A stretch of 64,000 nt of DNA. Origin: Actinomycetota bacterium. Lineage in GTDB: Bacteria > Actinomycetota > Actinomycetes > Propionibacteriales > Nocardioidaceae. The position numbers were made by a program, and so were the translations under genes. The notes beneath the pieces were generated by a model. It was not told where the DNA came from. It did not search any database and saw only the letters and a list, made by a program, of their open reading frames with translations. Shown piece after piece: positions 28,346-36,522 of the stretch. The number at the start of each line of letters is the position of its first letter. The stretch's first letter is position 1. Location of the stretch: assembly GCA_009701885.1 (NCBI GenBank), contig WLJH01000016.1:16384-80383 (forward strand), read 5' to 3'.

Positions 28346-28820
28346 ACCGGAGGACAGTCGCGCCCCGGGCGGCAACCCAGGCATCGGGGAGGGGCAGCGG
28401 CTGGACGTGCAGCCCGGTCTCGTCGGGCTGCCCGTGCAGCCCCTCGCCCGTGCACTTCAGCACCGCCTCGGCCCGGGCCCAGTCGGGGCGGCCCGGCTCC
28501 ACGTCGACGCCCACCGGCACGGCCGCGACCGCCACGAGCACCAGCCCGTCGGCGTACGACAGGCTGAGGTGGGCGCCGCGCACGTGTGGCCGCCCGTGCG
28601 CCACGGAGCCGCAGCGCGGGCAGAGCCGCGTGACCCGGCCCGCGGCCCGGCCCCCGACCTGGCGTCCGGCCTGCTCGGCGACCAGCCGGTGCGCGGCCTC
28701 GCGGAGCTCCCCCCGGTCGGCGCCGGGGAGGTGGAGCGCCGTGACGCTCACGAGGGCCGGCCCGTCCTGGGCCGAGGCCGTCGCACGGGAGGGCCGGGCG
28801 ACGGGAGGCGGGTCGGGCAC
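28299..28820 (-). CDS. short 4'-phosphopantetheinyl transferase
   Basis: CPRCGSVAHGRP, LSLSYA, VGVDVE, WARAEAVLKCTGEGL. Start uncertain (28820 or 28751). Confidence 0.75.
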   Translation of the reverse strand: MPDPPPVARPSRATASAQDGPALVSVTALHLPGADRGELREAAHRLVAEQAGRQVGGRAAGRVTRLCPRCGSVAHGRPHVRGAHLSLSYADGLVLVAVAAVPVGVDVEPGRPDWARAEAVLKCTGEGLHGQPDETGLHVQPLPLPDAWVAARGATVLRFSSAGRAAPAPGATG

Positions 28821-28871
28821 GCGCCCACCGTAGCGACGCGCACGGTTGACCAGCACCGACTACCAGTGCTT

Positions 28872-28891
28872 TCATCGCCATATGACGATGA
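28872..28891 (+). promoter_or_regulatory. ArsR/CmtR-type operator overlapping the start codon
   Basis: TCATCG-N8-CGATGA inverted repeat spanning ATG 28882. Confidence 0.55.
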
Positions 28892-29274
28892 CAGGGCGCC
28901 TGGCGGATGTATCGCTCCCCGAGCCCGAGGCACTCTCGGCGGCCGCCTGCCTCTTCCATGGCCTGTCCGACCCGTCGCGGCTCACGATCCTGCAGCACCT
29001 GCTGACCGGGGAGCACCGCGTCGTCGACCTGGTCGGCCACCTCGGCCTGGCCCAGTCGACGGTCTCCAAGCACCTGGCCTGCCTGCGCGACTGCGGCCTG
29101 GTGGCCTCACGTCCGCAGGGGCGAGCGACGCTGTGGTCGCTGTCGTACGAAAGCGAAGTCCTCGCGCTGCTGTCCGTGGCCGAGCGGCTGCTCTCGCTCA
29201 CCGGGGACGCCGTGACGCTGTGCCCGGACCACGGGACCCATCGCACCGGCACCCGGGCGGAGGCCCGGCCGTGA
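28882..29274 (+). CDS. cmtR: ArsR/SmtB-family metal sensor, CmtR-like
   Basis: LFHGLSDPSRL, QSTVSKHLACLRDCG (CxxxC) and C-terminal LCP. Confidence 0.82.
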   Translation: MTMTGRLADVSLPEPEALSAAACLFHGLSDPSRLTILQHLLTGEHRVVDLVGHLGLAQSTVSKHLACLRDCGLVASRPQGRATLWSLSYESEVLALLSVAERLLSLTGDAVTLCPDHGTHRTGTRAEARP

Positions 29275-30014
29275 GCGGCCACGTGCACGCCACTGTCATC
29301 CCCGCCGAGGAGCGGGCCCGGCTGGGGCGCCGCGCGCAGCTGCTGGCCGGGGTGTCCGTGGGCTACAACCTCGTCGAGGCGGTCATCGCGATCTCCGCCG
29401 GGATCGTCGCCGGGTCGGTCGCGCTCGTCGGCTTCGGCCTCGACTCGGTCGTCGAGGTCTCCAGCGGTCTGATCATCCTGTGGCAGTTCCGCCACCGGCT
29501 GCCGGAGTCGCGGGAGCGCCAGGCCCTGCGGCTGATGGCGCTGTCGTTCTTCGCGCTGGCGGCGTACGTCGGGTTCGAGTCGGTCCGGGCACTGCTGGTC
29601 GGGCACGACCCGGAGACCTCGCGGGTCGGCATCGGGCTGGCGATCGCCTCGCTGTGCGTCATGCCCTTCCTGTCCTGGGCCCAGCGGCGTACCGGCCGGG
29701 CGCTGGGCTCCCACGCCGTGGTCGCCGACTCCACGCAGACACTGCTGTGCACCTACCTCTCCGCGGTGCTGCTCGTCGGCCTGGTGCTCAACGCGACCCT
29801 CGGCTGGTCTTGGGCCGACCCGGTGGCCGGCCTGGTGATCGCCGCGGTCGCGGTCAAGGAGGGGCGCGAGGCCTGGCGCGGTGAGAGCTGCTGCGGTCCC
29901 ACCGCCTCCGCGACGGGCAGCGAGCAGCCGGCAGGCTCCGTGTGCTGCAGCGACTGCTCGTGCGGCGACCCGGCACACCCGGCCCTGGTGCTCGGGGAGA
30001 GGATCGAGCCGTGA
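29271..30014 (+). CDS. cation diffusion facilitator-like metal transporter with Cys-rich tail
   Basis: GTGA overlap. YNLVEAV, GFGLDSVVE, ADSTQTLLC, WADPVAG, tail CC...CCSDCSC. Confidence 0.85.
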   Translation: MSGHVHATVIPAEERARLGRRAQLLAGVSVGYNLVEAVIAISAGIVAGSVALVGFGLDSVVEVSSGLIILWQFRHRLPESRERQALRLMALSFFALAAYVGFESVRALLVGHDPETSRVGIGLAIASLCVMPFLSWAQRRTGRALGSHAVVADSTQTLLCTYLSAVLLVGLVLNATLGWSWADPVAGLVIAAVAVKEGREAWRGESCCGPTASATGSEQPAGSVCCSDCSCGDPAHPALVLGERIEP

Positions 30015-30673
30015 CCTCCCAGCACGACGTCGACGACCTCCCCGTGGACGAGGACCCCGGGCTCCCGCCCTCCACCGACTACGCCGGCTTCTTCGACCGC
30101 ACCCTGCGCTGGCTGCTGCCGCTCACCGGGGTCGTCGGGCTCGTGGCCGCCTTCACGCTCACCGTCGAGAAGATCGCGCTCATCGCCGACCCCGACTACG
30201 TCCCCACCTGCAGCATCAGCCCGGTGCTCAGCTGCGGCTCGATCATGAGCACCGAGCAGGCCGAGCTGTTCGGCTTCCCCAACCCGCTCATCGGCCTGGT
30301 CGCCTTCGCCGTGCTGATCACCTCGGGCGTGGTGCTGGCGACCGGCGCGCGGCTGCCGCGGTGGTACTGGCTGGGCCTGCAGGTCGGCGCCACCCTCGGC
30401 CTGGTCTTCGTGGCCTGGCTGGTCGAGGAGAGCCTCTACGACATCGGCGCCCTGTGCCCCTACTGCATGGTCGTGTGGGCCGTGGTCATCCCGGCGTTCT
30501 GGTACGTCACGCTCGCCAACCTCACCAGTGGCCGCCTCGGCCGACGGGTGGCCGACAGCCGCGCCGTCGGTGTGCTCGCCGAGAACCACGCCGTCGTGCT
30601 GATGGGGCTCTACCTCGTCGTGGTCGTCCTGGTGCTCCAGCGGTTCTGGGGCTACTGGGTCAGCCTGGTCTGA
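30011..30673 (+). CDS. vitamin K epoxide reductase (VKOR) family protein
   Basis: GTGA overlap. PTCSISPVLSC, FGFPNPLIG, LCPYC. Confidence 0.9.
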   Translation: MTSQHDVDDLPVDEDPGLPPSTDYAGFFDRTLRWLLPLTGVVGLVAAFTLTVEKIALIADPDYVPTCSISPVLSCGSIMSTEQAELFGFPNPLIGLVAFAVLITSGVVLATGARLPRWYWLGLQVGATLGLVFVAWLVEESLYDIGALCPYCMVVWAVVIPAFWYVTLANLTSGRLGRRVADSRAVGVLAENHAVVLMGLYLVVVVLVLQRFWGYWVSLV

Positions 30674-30677
30674 GCCG

Positions 30678-30733
30678 CTCCGCCGGTCGAGGTGCGAGCG
30701 CGGCAAGCCCCTCCGCCACTCGAGGTGCGAGCG
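30678..30733. repeat. two 23-bp direct repeats (REP-like)
   Basis: ctccgcc(gg/ac)tcgaggtgcgagcg at 30678-30700 and 30711-30733. Confidence 0.65.
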
Positions 30734-30734
30734 A

Positions 30735-31160
30735 AGCGAGCCACGACCCCGCGGCGGGCGAGCTCCTCGACCAGCACGGCGGTGCCGAGGTAGCGGGCGT
30801 TGCTGTGCGCCGGTCCGGCGCCGAGAGTGCGGAAGTAGCGCAGGACCGCCGTGCTGCCGCCGACCGGCGCCACGACGAGCAGCAGCGGGAGGCCCTCGGG
30901 CGACTCGCCCACGAGCCAGAGGTCGACGTCCTCGAGGTCGGCGTTGTCGGGGTCCTCGACGCGGTAGCGGTCGTCGCGGTGCGACTGCTCGCACCCGTCG
31001 GCGAGCAGGCGCAGGGCGCGTCGCTCCGGCCCGCCCTCGCGCAGTCGGCGCGCAGCACGAACGGGTTCCACTCGCCGTACGACGCCGTGTCGAGCATGAC
31101 CTCCCACACCCGGTCCAGGGACGCGTCGATCTCGATGCGGGCGTGGGGGTTCCGCGGCAT
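30735..31160 (-). pseudogene. chimeric remnant: SRPBCC 5' end joined out of frame to the 3' part of an unrelated gene
   Basis: Frame A gives MPRNPHARIEIDASLDRVWEVMLD...EWNPFVLRADC (SRPBCC). After about 31040 the natural-looking protein continues in another frame (RALRLLADG...LWLVGE...LRYF...YLGTAVLVEEL). Confidence 0.55.
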
Positions 31161-31224
31161 GGGAGCCATGGTGCCCGACCTCCGACATCGGCCCGTCACG
31201 CAGGCGGCCGGCAGGCCCGTCGGG

Positions 31225-31284
31225 GTAACGGCGAACTTACACACCGGGTAGCACCCCGTATTCCTGCCGGAACCACCCTGAAAC
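31225..31284 (+). promoter_or_regulatory. GlnR-like binding-site array
   Basis: 5-mers at exact 11-bp spacing: GTAAC 31225, CTTAC 31236, GGTAG 31247, GTATT 31258, GGAAC 31269, GAAAC 31280. Confidence 0.6.
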
Positions 31285-31306
31285 ACCCGGCGAGTGGACT
31301 TCTTCC

Positions 31307-32134
31307 ATGCCCACCGCCGCCCACGACGCCCACCGGCACATCGGCCGGCTGCCGTCGTACCCCTTCTACGGCGGCCCGCCGATCAGCCCCGACACCACCG
31401 CCCGCGAGACCGTCGCCGAGCTCTTCGACGACCTCGACGCCGAGCGCACCGAGCGCGCGCTGGTGCTGCCGAACTACGGCGTCCCCGACCCCGACGTCGC
31501 CTTCGGCCTCAACCATCTGGCCCTCGAGGCCGCGCAGGCCGACGACCGGGTCCGCTGCGGGCTGTGGGTCTCCCCCAAGGGCAGCGACCACGACCGCAAC
31601 ACCGCCTCCCTCGCGCTGGCCGGCGAGGAGGGGGTCGCGGCGCTGAAGACCAGCTTCCTGCTCGGGGGCGCCGTCGACGCCGAGGACTCCGTCGAGGAGC
31701 TGGAGCGGATCTTCACGACCGCCGCCGAGAAGGGCCTCGTCGTGCACGTGCACACCTCTCCCGGCGCCGCCAGCGACGTCGACCAGATCGGGAGGCTCGT
31801 CGAGGCCTACGGCGCCACGACCCGCATCCACCTCGTGCACCTCGGGGGCGGCATGAGCGGGCACATGAAGCTGATCGGCGGCCGCTTCTTCGACTGGATC
31901 GAGCGCGGGCTGCAGGTCTACACCGACACCTCCTGGGCCATCGGCTTCGCGCCGGCGTGGCTGTGCCAGGAGATCCAGCGCCGCGGCATCGGTCACGACC
32001 GCGTCCTGTTCGCGACCGACACCCCCTGGGGCGACCACGCCGGCGAGCACGCCCGGCTGGCCGCCGCCACCGACGACCCCGAGCTCACCGACGCGCTCTT
32101 CCGGGGCAACTTCGAGGCCCTCTACGGGTCCTGA
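31307..32134 (+). CDS. amidohydrolase-superfamily metalloenzyme
   Basis: DAHRHIG (HxH), VHVH, VHLGG, FATDTPW. Confidence 0.82.
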   Translation: MPTAAHDAHRHIGRLPSYPFYGGPPISPDTTARETVAELFDDLDAERTERALVLPNYGVPDPDVAFGLNHLALEAAQADDRVRCGLWVSPKGSDHDRNTASLALAGEEGVAALKTSFLLGGAVDAEDSVEELERIFTTAAEKGLVVHVHTSPGAASDVDQIGRLVEAYGATTRIHLVHLGGGMSGHMKLIGGRFFDWIERGLQVYTDTSWAIGFAPAWLCQEIQRRGIGHDRVLFATDTPWGDHAGEHARLAAATDDPELTDALFRGNFEALYGS

Positions 32135-32215
32135 AGGCAGGACCGGCACCACCCGACCGGCACCACCGACCAGCACCACCTGCTGCGCCACCCCACCCTC
32201 GAGAGACACCAGGAG

Positions 32216-32746
32216 ATGCACATGTCCGTGTTCGACGACGAGATCCTCGCCGCGATGGAGAAGTCCAAGGCCGAGATTCCCCACCCCTCCCAGGGCAAGG
32301 GCACCAACCTCTACGGCTCCACCAAGCTCTTCCCCGACTACCAGGCCAGCGAGGGCCAGGCCTGGCTCACCCTCGTCCACGGCATCCCGCACGAGTCCTC
32401 GGTGTCGTTCGTGGCCGTCCTCCAGACGACCCGGGCGCTGCGCAAGGGCTTCGACGCCACGCTCTACTTCTACGGCCCCGGCGCCCTCGCCTGTGCCGAC
32501 ACCCGTGGCTTCCCGACGACCGGCGACGTGGCCTTCCCGGGCAACCAGAACATGAACGACGCCATCAAGACCTTCATCTCCGAGGGCGGCACCGTGCTGT
32601 GCTGCCGGTTCGGCATGGCCCTGCACGGCCAGCGCGAGGAGGACCTCATCGAGGGCGTCATCCCCTGCCACCCGCTCGACGTCCAGGACGCGGTGATCCA
32701 CTTCGCCAACAAGGGCGCGATCATCAACTCCGTCTACAACCTCTGA
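32216..32746 (+). CDS. MSMEG_0572/Sll0783-family (DsrE-like) protein
   Basis: LVHGIPHESS, LYFYGPG, RGFPTTG, VLCCRF. Cluster context. Start 32216 or 32222. Confidence 0.85.
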   Translation: MHMSVFDDEILAAMEKSKAEIPHPSQGKGTNLYGSTKLFPDYQASEGQAWLTLVHGIPHESSVSFVAVLQTTRALRKGFDATLYFYGPGALACADTRGFPTTGDVAFPGNQNMNDAIKTFISEGGTVLCCRFGMALHGQREEDLIEGVIPCHPLDVQDAVIHFANKGAIINSVYNL

Positions 32747-32755
32747 GGCGCTGAG

Positions 32756-33850
32756 ATGGCCGCGCCGACCAGCACCACCAGCCCTGACCGCACTGCCAGC
32801 GTCACCCGCGTGGACCTGGCGATCCAGGGGATCCGGCTCGCCGACGCGCCGGTCTCCCGCCGGGCCGGAGCCGGACCAAGCGACGACGGGCACCTGCTGC
32901 TCGACGGAGTCGGCGCGGCCATCCCCCTCAACCCCCGCAGCCCCTACACCCTCGCCGGCGGCAAGCTCCTGCTCGACGGCGCCGACACCGGCCTGGGCGT
33001 GGAGACCATCTCCCGCCCGCGCTTCTACGACCTCACCACCGCCGACGGGGTCCCCTACGAGCAGATCGCCCGGCTGCACTCGGCCCGCGTGCTGGCGACG
33101 ACGGTCGTGCAGACCTGCGTGCGCTACGACGAGGACCAGCGCTGCCGGTTCTGCGCGATCGAGGAGTCGCTGCGCCAGGGCTCCACGATCGCGGTGAAGT
33201 CGCCCGCGCAGATCGCGGAGGTCGCCAAGGCCGCCCACGACCTCGACGGCATCACGCAGATGGTGATGACGACCGGCACCTCCAACGGTCGCGACCGCGG
33301 CGCCACCCACCTCGCCCGCTGCGTCCGCGCGGTCCGCGCGGTGCTCCCCGACCTGCCGATCCAGGTGCAGTGCGAGCCGCCGGGCGACCTGGCCACGATC
33401 CAGGAGCTGTACGACGCGGGCGCCCGCTCCATCGGCATCCACGTCGAGTCGCTCGACGACGACGTGCGCCGCCGCTGGATGCCGGGCAAGGGCTCGGTCC
33501 CGATGAGCGAGTACCGCGCCGCCTGGGCCGAGGCGGTCCGTGTCTTCGGCTGGAACGAGGTCTCCACCTACCTCCTCCTCGGCCTCGGCGAGGACCCCGA
33601 CGAGACCGTCGCCGCGGCCACCGAGCTGATCGAGATGGGCGTCTACCCCTTCGTGGTGCCCTTCCGCCCGCTGGCGGGCACGCTGGCCACCGACGTCGAC
33701 GGGGTGCCGGCGCCCGACGCCCGGATGGTCGCCTCGGTCACCGCTCGCGTGGGCGCGGCGCTGCGGCGCGCCGGGATGCTGGGCGCCGCCCAGTCCGCTG
33801 GCTGCGCCGCCTGCGGTGCCTGCTCGGCGCTCTCCTGCGAGGGGGCCTGA
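32756..33850 (+). CDS. MSMEG_0568-family radical SAM protein
   Basis: QTCVRYDEDQRCRFC (Cx8Cx2C), C-terminal GCAACGAC. Confidence 0.88.
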   Translation: MAAPTSTTSPDRTASVTRVDLAIQGIRLADAPVSRRAGAGPSDDGHLLLDGVGAAIPLNPRSPYTLAGGKLLLDGADTGLGVETISRPRFYDLTTADGVPYEQIARLHSARVLATTVVQTCVRYDEDQRCRFCAIEESLRQGSTIAVKSPAQIAEVAKAAHDLDGITQMVMTTGTSNGRDRGATHLARCVRAVRAVLPDLPIQVQCEPPGDLATIQELYDAGARSIGIHVESLDDDVRRRWMPGKGSVPMSEYRAAWAEAVRVFGWNEVSTYLLLGLGEDPDETVAAATELIEMGVYPFVVPFRPLAGTLATDVDGVPAPDARMVASVTARVGAALRRAGMLGAAQSAGCAACGACSALSCEGA

Positions 33851-33851
33851 G

Positions 33852-35291
33852 ATGACCCTCGACGTCTCGGTCCTCACCGGACCGCTGCGCGGGAGCGGCC
33901 ACGACCGGCACAGCGACGCGTCGTACGTCGTCGTGGAAGCCGGGCCGCGCGAGCTGGCCGGCTACCGGCGGCTGCGGCACGACGTCTTCGTCACCGAGCA
34001 GGGTCTCTTCGCCGGCTCCGACGCCGACCTCGTCGACGACGACCCCCGCACCGTGGTGCTCGTGGCGCTGGCCGGCGACGGCGAGCTGCTCGGTGGGGTC
34101 CGCATCCACCCGGCACCGGGAGCCGACGGCACGCCGCCGCTGCGCGACCTGGGCTGGTGGCGGGGCAGCCGGCTGGCGGTCGCGTCCGACGCGCGGCTCC
34201 ACCTCGGGGTCGGTGCCGCGCTGGTGCGCGCGGCCTGCGCCCGGGCCGAGACCCAGGGCGCGCTGCGCTTCGACGCCGAGGTCCAGGCCCAGCACCGCAG
34301 GCTCTTCGAGCGGCTGGGGTGGAGCGTGCGCTATGAGACCCTGCGGCACGGCCACCCGCACCTGGTCGTGGACTTCCCGATCCCCCGCATCCAGCGGCTG
34401 GCCGACGCGACGAAGGCACCGCTGGAGCTGCTGCTCGACGAGCTCGCCGCCGGTGCTCCGCGCGGCTTCGTCGGCGACGACGCCGCACCGGTGCCGGGCA
34501 GCGAGATGGTCGCCGCCTGCGACGCGATCCTGCCCGCCATGGTCGAGCGCGACCCGGAGTGGGCGGGGTGGTGCAGCGTGCTGGTGAACCTCAACGACCT
34601 CGCGGCCATGGGTGCGACGCCCGTCGGGCTCCTCGACGCGGTCGGCGCCCGCGACGCCTCCTTCGCGCGTCGTGTCCTGCGCGGCCTCACCGACGCCGCC
34701 GCGGCCTGGGGCGTGCCGGTCCTGGGCGGGCACACCCAGCTCGGGGTCCCGGGCCAGCTCGCGGTCACGGCGCTGGGTCGCACGTCCGCCCCGGTGCCCG
34801 GTGGCGGCGGCCGCGCGGGGCACCGGCTGCGGGTGACCGCCGACCTCGGGGGTGCATGGCGTCGCGGCTACACCGGCGCCCAGTGGGACTCGACCTCGCA
34901 CCGGACGCCCGAGCAGCTGCGCTCGCAGATGACGGTGGTCCCCGCCCTCGCCCCGACGGCCGCCAAGGACGTCTCCATGAGCGGCCTGGTGGGCAGCACC
35001 GGGATGCTCGCCGAGGCCAGCGGGTGCCGGGCGGTGCTCGACGTCGGAGCGGTCCCCGCCCCGGCGGCGGCCGGGACCGCCGACTGGCTCACCTGCTTCC
35101 CCGGCTTCGCCATCGTCTCGGCCGAGGCCGACAGCCCGGGCACCCCGGACACCAGTCTGCTGCCGCGCCACCTCACCACCGCCGTGTGTGGCCACCTCGA
35201 GCCCGGCTCGGGCGTGGGCCTGCGCTGGCCCGACGGCGTCGTCACCGACGCCGTCACCTCCACCGTCACCGGAATGGGAACCGCCTCATGA
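33852..35291 (+). CDS. MSMEG_0567-type GNAT plus AIR-synthase/SelD-like fusion
   Basis: N-terminal GNAT (RHDVFVTEQGLF, GSRLAV), then GDDAA, VLVNLNDLAAMGA, GGHT, KDVSMSG. Confidence 0.87.
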   Translation: MTLDVSVLTGPLRGSGHDRHSDASYVVVEAGPRELAGYRRLRHDVFVTEQGLFAGSDADLVDDDPRTVVLVALAGDGELLGGVRIHPAPGADGTPPLRDLGWWRGSRLAVASDARLHLGVGAALVRAACARAETQGALRFDAEVQAQHRRLFERLGWSVRYETLRHGHPHLVVDFPIPRIQRLADATKAPLELLLDELAAGAPRGFVGDDAAPVPGSEMVAACDAILPAMVERDPEWAGWCSVLVNLNDLAAMGATPVGLLDAVGARDASFARRVLRGLTDAAAAWGVPVLGGHTQLGVPGQLAVTALGRTSAPVPGGGGRAGHRLRVTADLGGAWRRGYTGAQWDSTSHRTPEQLRSQMTVVPALAPTAAKDVSMSGLVGSTGMLAEASGCRAVLDVGAVPAPAAAGTADWLTCFPGFAIVSAEADSPGTPDTSLLPRHLTTAVCGHLEPGSGVGLRWPDGVVTDAVTSTVTGMGTAS

Positions 35292-36229
35292 CCAGCTCCT
35301 CCACCACCACTCCCACCACCACTCCCGGCACCACTCCCGGCACCACGCCCGGCACCGCCGTCGCCGCCGCCTGTGCCGGCTTCGGCCGCGACGTCGAGGA
35401 CAACCTCGCGCAGGTCGGCCGCCTCGTCGCGGACGCCCGTGCCCGCGGGGTCGGCCTGCTCGCGCTGCCCGAGGCCTGCCTCGGCGGGTACCTCTCGGTC
35501 CTCGGCGCCGGCCGCGACGGCAGCCACGACGAGCAGCCCGAGGACCTGCCCCCCGTCATGGACCTCGACGGTCCCGAGCTGCGGCGCGTCGCCGAGATCG
35601 CACGCGAGATGACCGTGGTCGTGGGCCTGTGCGAGTCCGACGGCACGGATCGCTACAACACCGCCGCCGTCGTCACCGGCGACGGCGTGCTGGGCGCGCA
35701 CCGCAAGGTGCACCAGCCCCTGGGCGAGTCGCTGTTCTACTCGGCCGGCTCGGACTTCGCCTGCGTGGACACTCCGATGGGTCGCCTGGGCACGCTGATC
35801 TGCTACGACAAGGCCTTCCCCGAGGCCGCCCGTGCGCTGGCCGTCGACGGCGCCGAGGTCATCGCCTGCATCTCCGCGTGGCCCGCGTCGCGCACCGCCA
35901 GCGCCGCCTCGCTCGCCGAGGACCGCTGGACCCAGCGCTTCAACCTCTTCGACGCCGCCCGCGCCCTGGAGAACCAGGTCGTCTGGCTGGCCGCCAACCA
36001 GCACGGCACCTTCGGCAAGCTCCGCTTCGTCGCCCACGCCAAGGTCGTCGGCCCCGGCGGCGACGTGCTGGCGAGCACCGGGACCGAGGCCGGCCTCGCG
36101 GTCGCCGAGCTCGACGTACCGGCCGCGCTCGAGACCGCCCGACGCGCGATGTTCCACCTGCGCGACCGCCGCCCCGAGACGTACGCCGCCGTCACCGCCG
36201 CCCCGATGGCAGGAGCCGTCCGTGCCTGA
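35288..36229 (+). CDS. carbon-nitrogen hydrolase (nitrilase superfamily), canonical triad
   Basis: LPEACLGGY (Glu), HRKVH (Lys), LICYD (Cys). Confidence 0.9.
   Translation: MTSSSTTTPTTTPGTTPGTTPGTAVAAACAGFGRDVEDNLAQVGRLVADARARGVGLLALPEACLGGYLSVLGAGRDGSHDEQPEDLPPVMDLDGPELRRVAEIAREMTVVVGLCESDGTDRYNTAAVVTGDGVLGAHRKVHQPLGESLFYSAGSDFACVDTPMGRLGTLICYDKAFPEAARALAVDGAEVIACISAWPASRTASAASLAEDRWTQRFNLFDAARALENQVVWLAANQHGTFGKLRFVAHAKVVGPGGDVLASTGTEAGLAVAELDVPAALETARRAMFHLRDRRPETYAAVTAAPMAGAVRA
35306..35353 (+). repeat. 4 x 12-bp tandem repeat (TTPT/TTPG)
   Basis: accactcccacc, accactcccggc x2, accacgcccggc at the nitrilase N-terminus. Confidence 0.8.
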
Positions 36230-36521
36230 GATGACCTTCTCCGTGCGCTGGCCCGACGGTCGCGTGGTCGACCACTACTCGCCCTCGCTGGTGGTCCACG
36301 ACCACCTCACGGCCGGGTCGACCTACCCGGTCGACGACTTCCGCGAGCGGGCCGCCACCGCGCTCGGCATCGCCAGCGAGCGCGTGCGCGCCCGGTTCGG
36401 CTTCGCCTGCACCTCCGCGGCCGCGACGCTCGCCGACATCGACGCGCTCGCCGCGTCCTGCCCCGACGCGTCCACCGTGATCGTCCTCCGCCTCCACCCA
36501 CCCCTGCCTCAGGAGTCCTGA
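36222..36521 (+). CDS. MSMEG_0570-family protein
   Basis: PEMTFSVRWPDG...YSPSLVV...ASERVRARFGFACTSA. Confidence 0.85.
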   Translation: MPEMTFSVRWPDGRVVDHYSPSLVVHDHLTAGSTYPVDDFRERAATALGIASERVRARFGFACTSAAATLADIDALAASCPDASTVIVLRLHPPLPQES

Positions 36522-36522
36522 G

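Noticed and set aside
30678-30733. Possible mini CRISPR array
   Set aside because: Only two 23-bp repeats with a 10-bp spacer and no cas genes. No CRISPR-like periodic array was seen anywhere in the window.
32216-35291. Selenocysteine recoding in the SelD-like cluster
   Set aside because: No in-frame TGA interrupts these genes, and the stops coincide with the next gene's start region.
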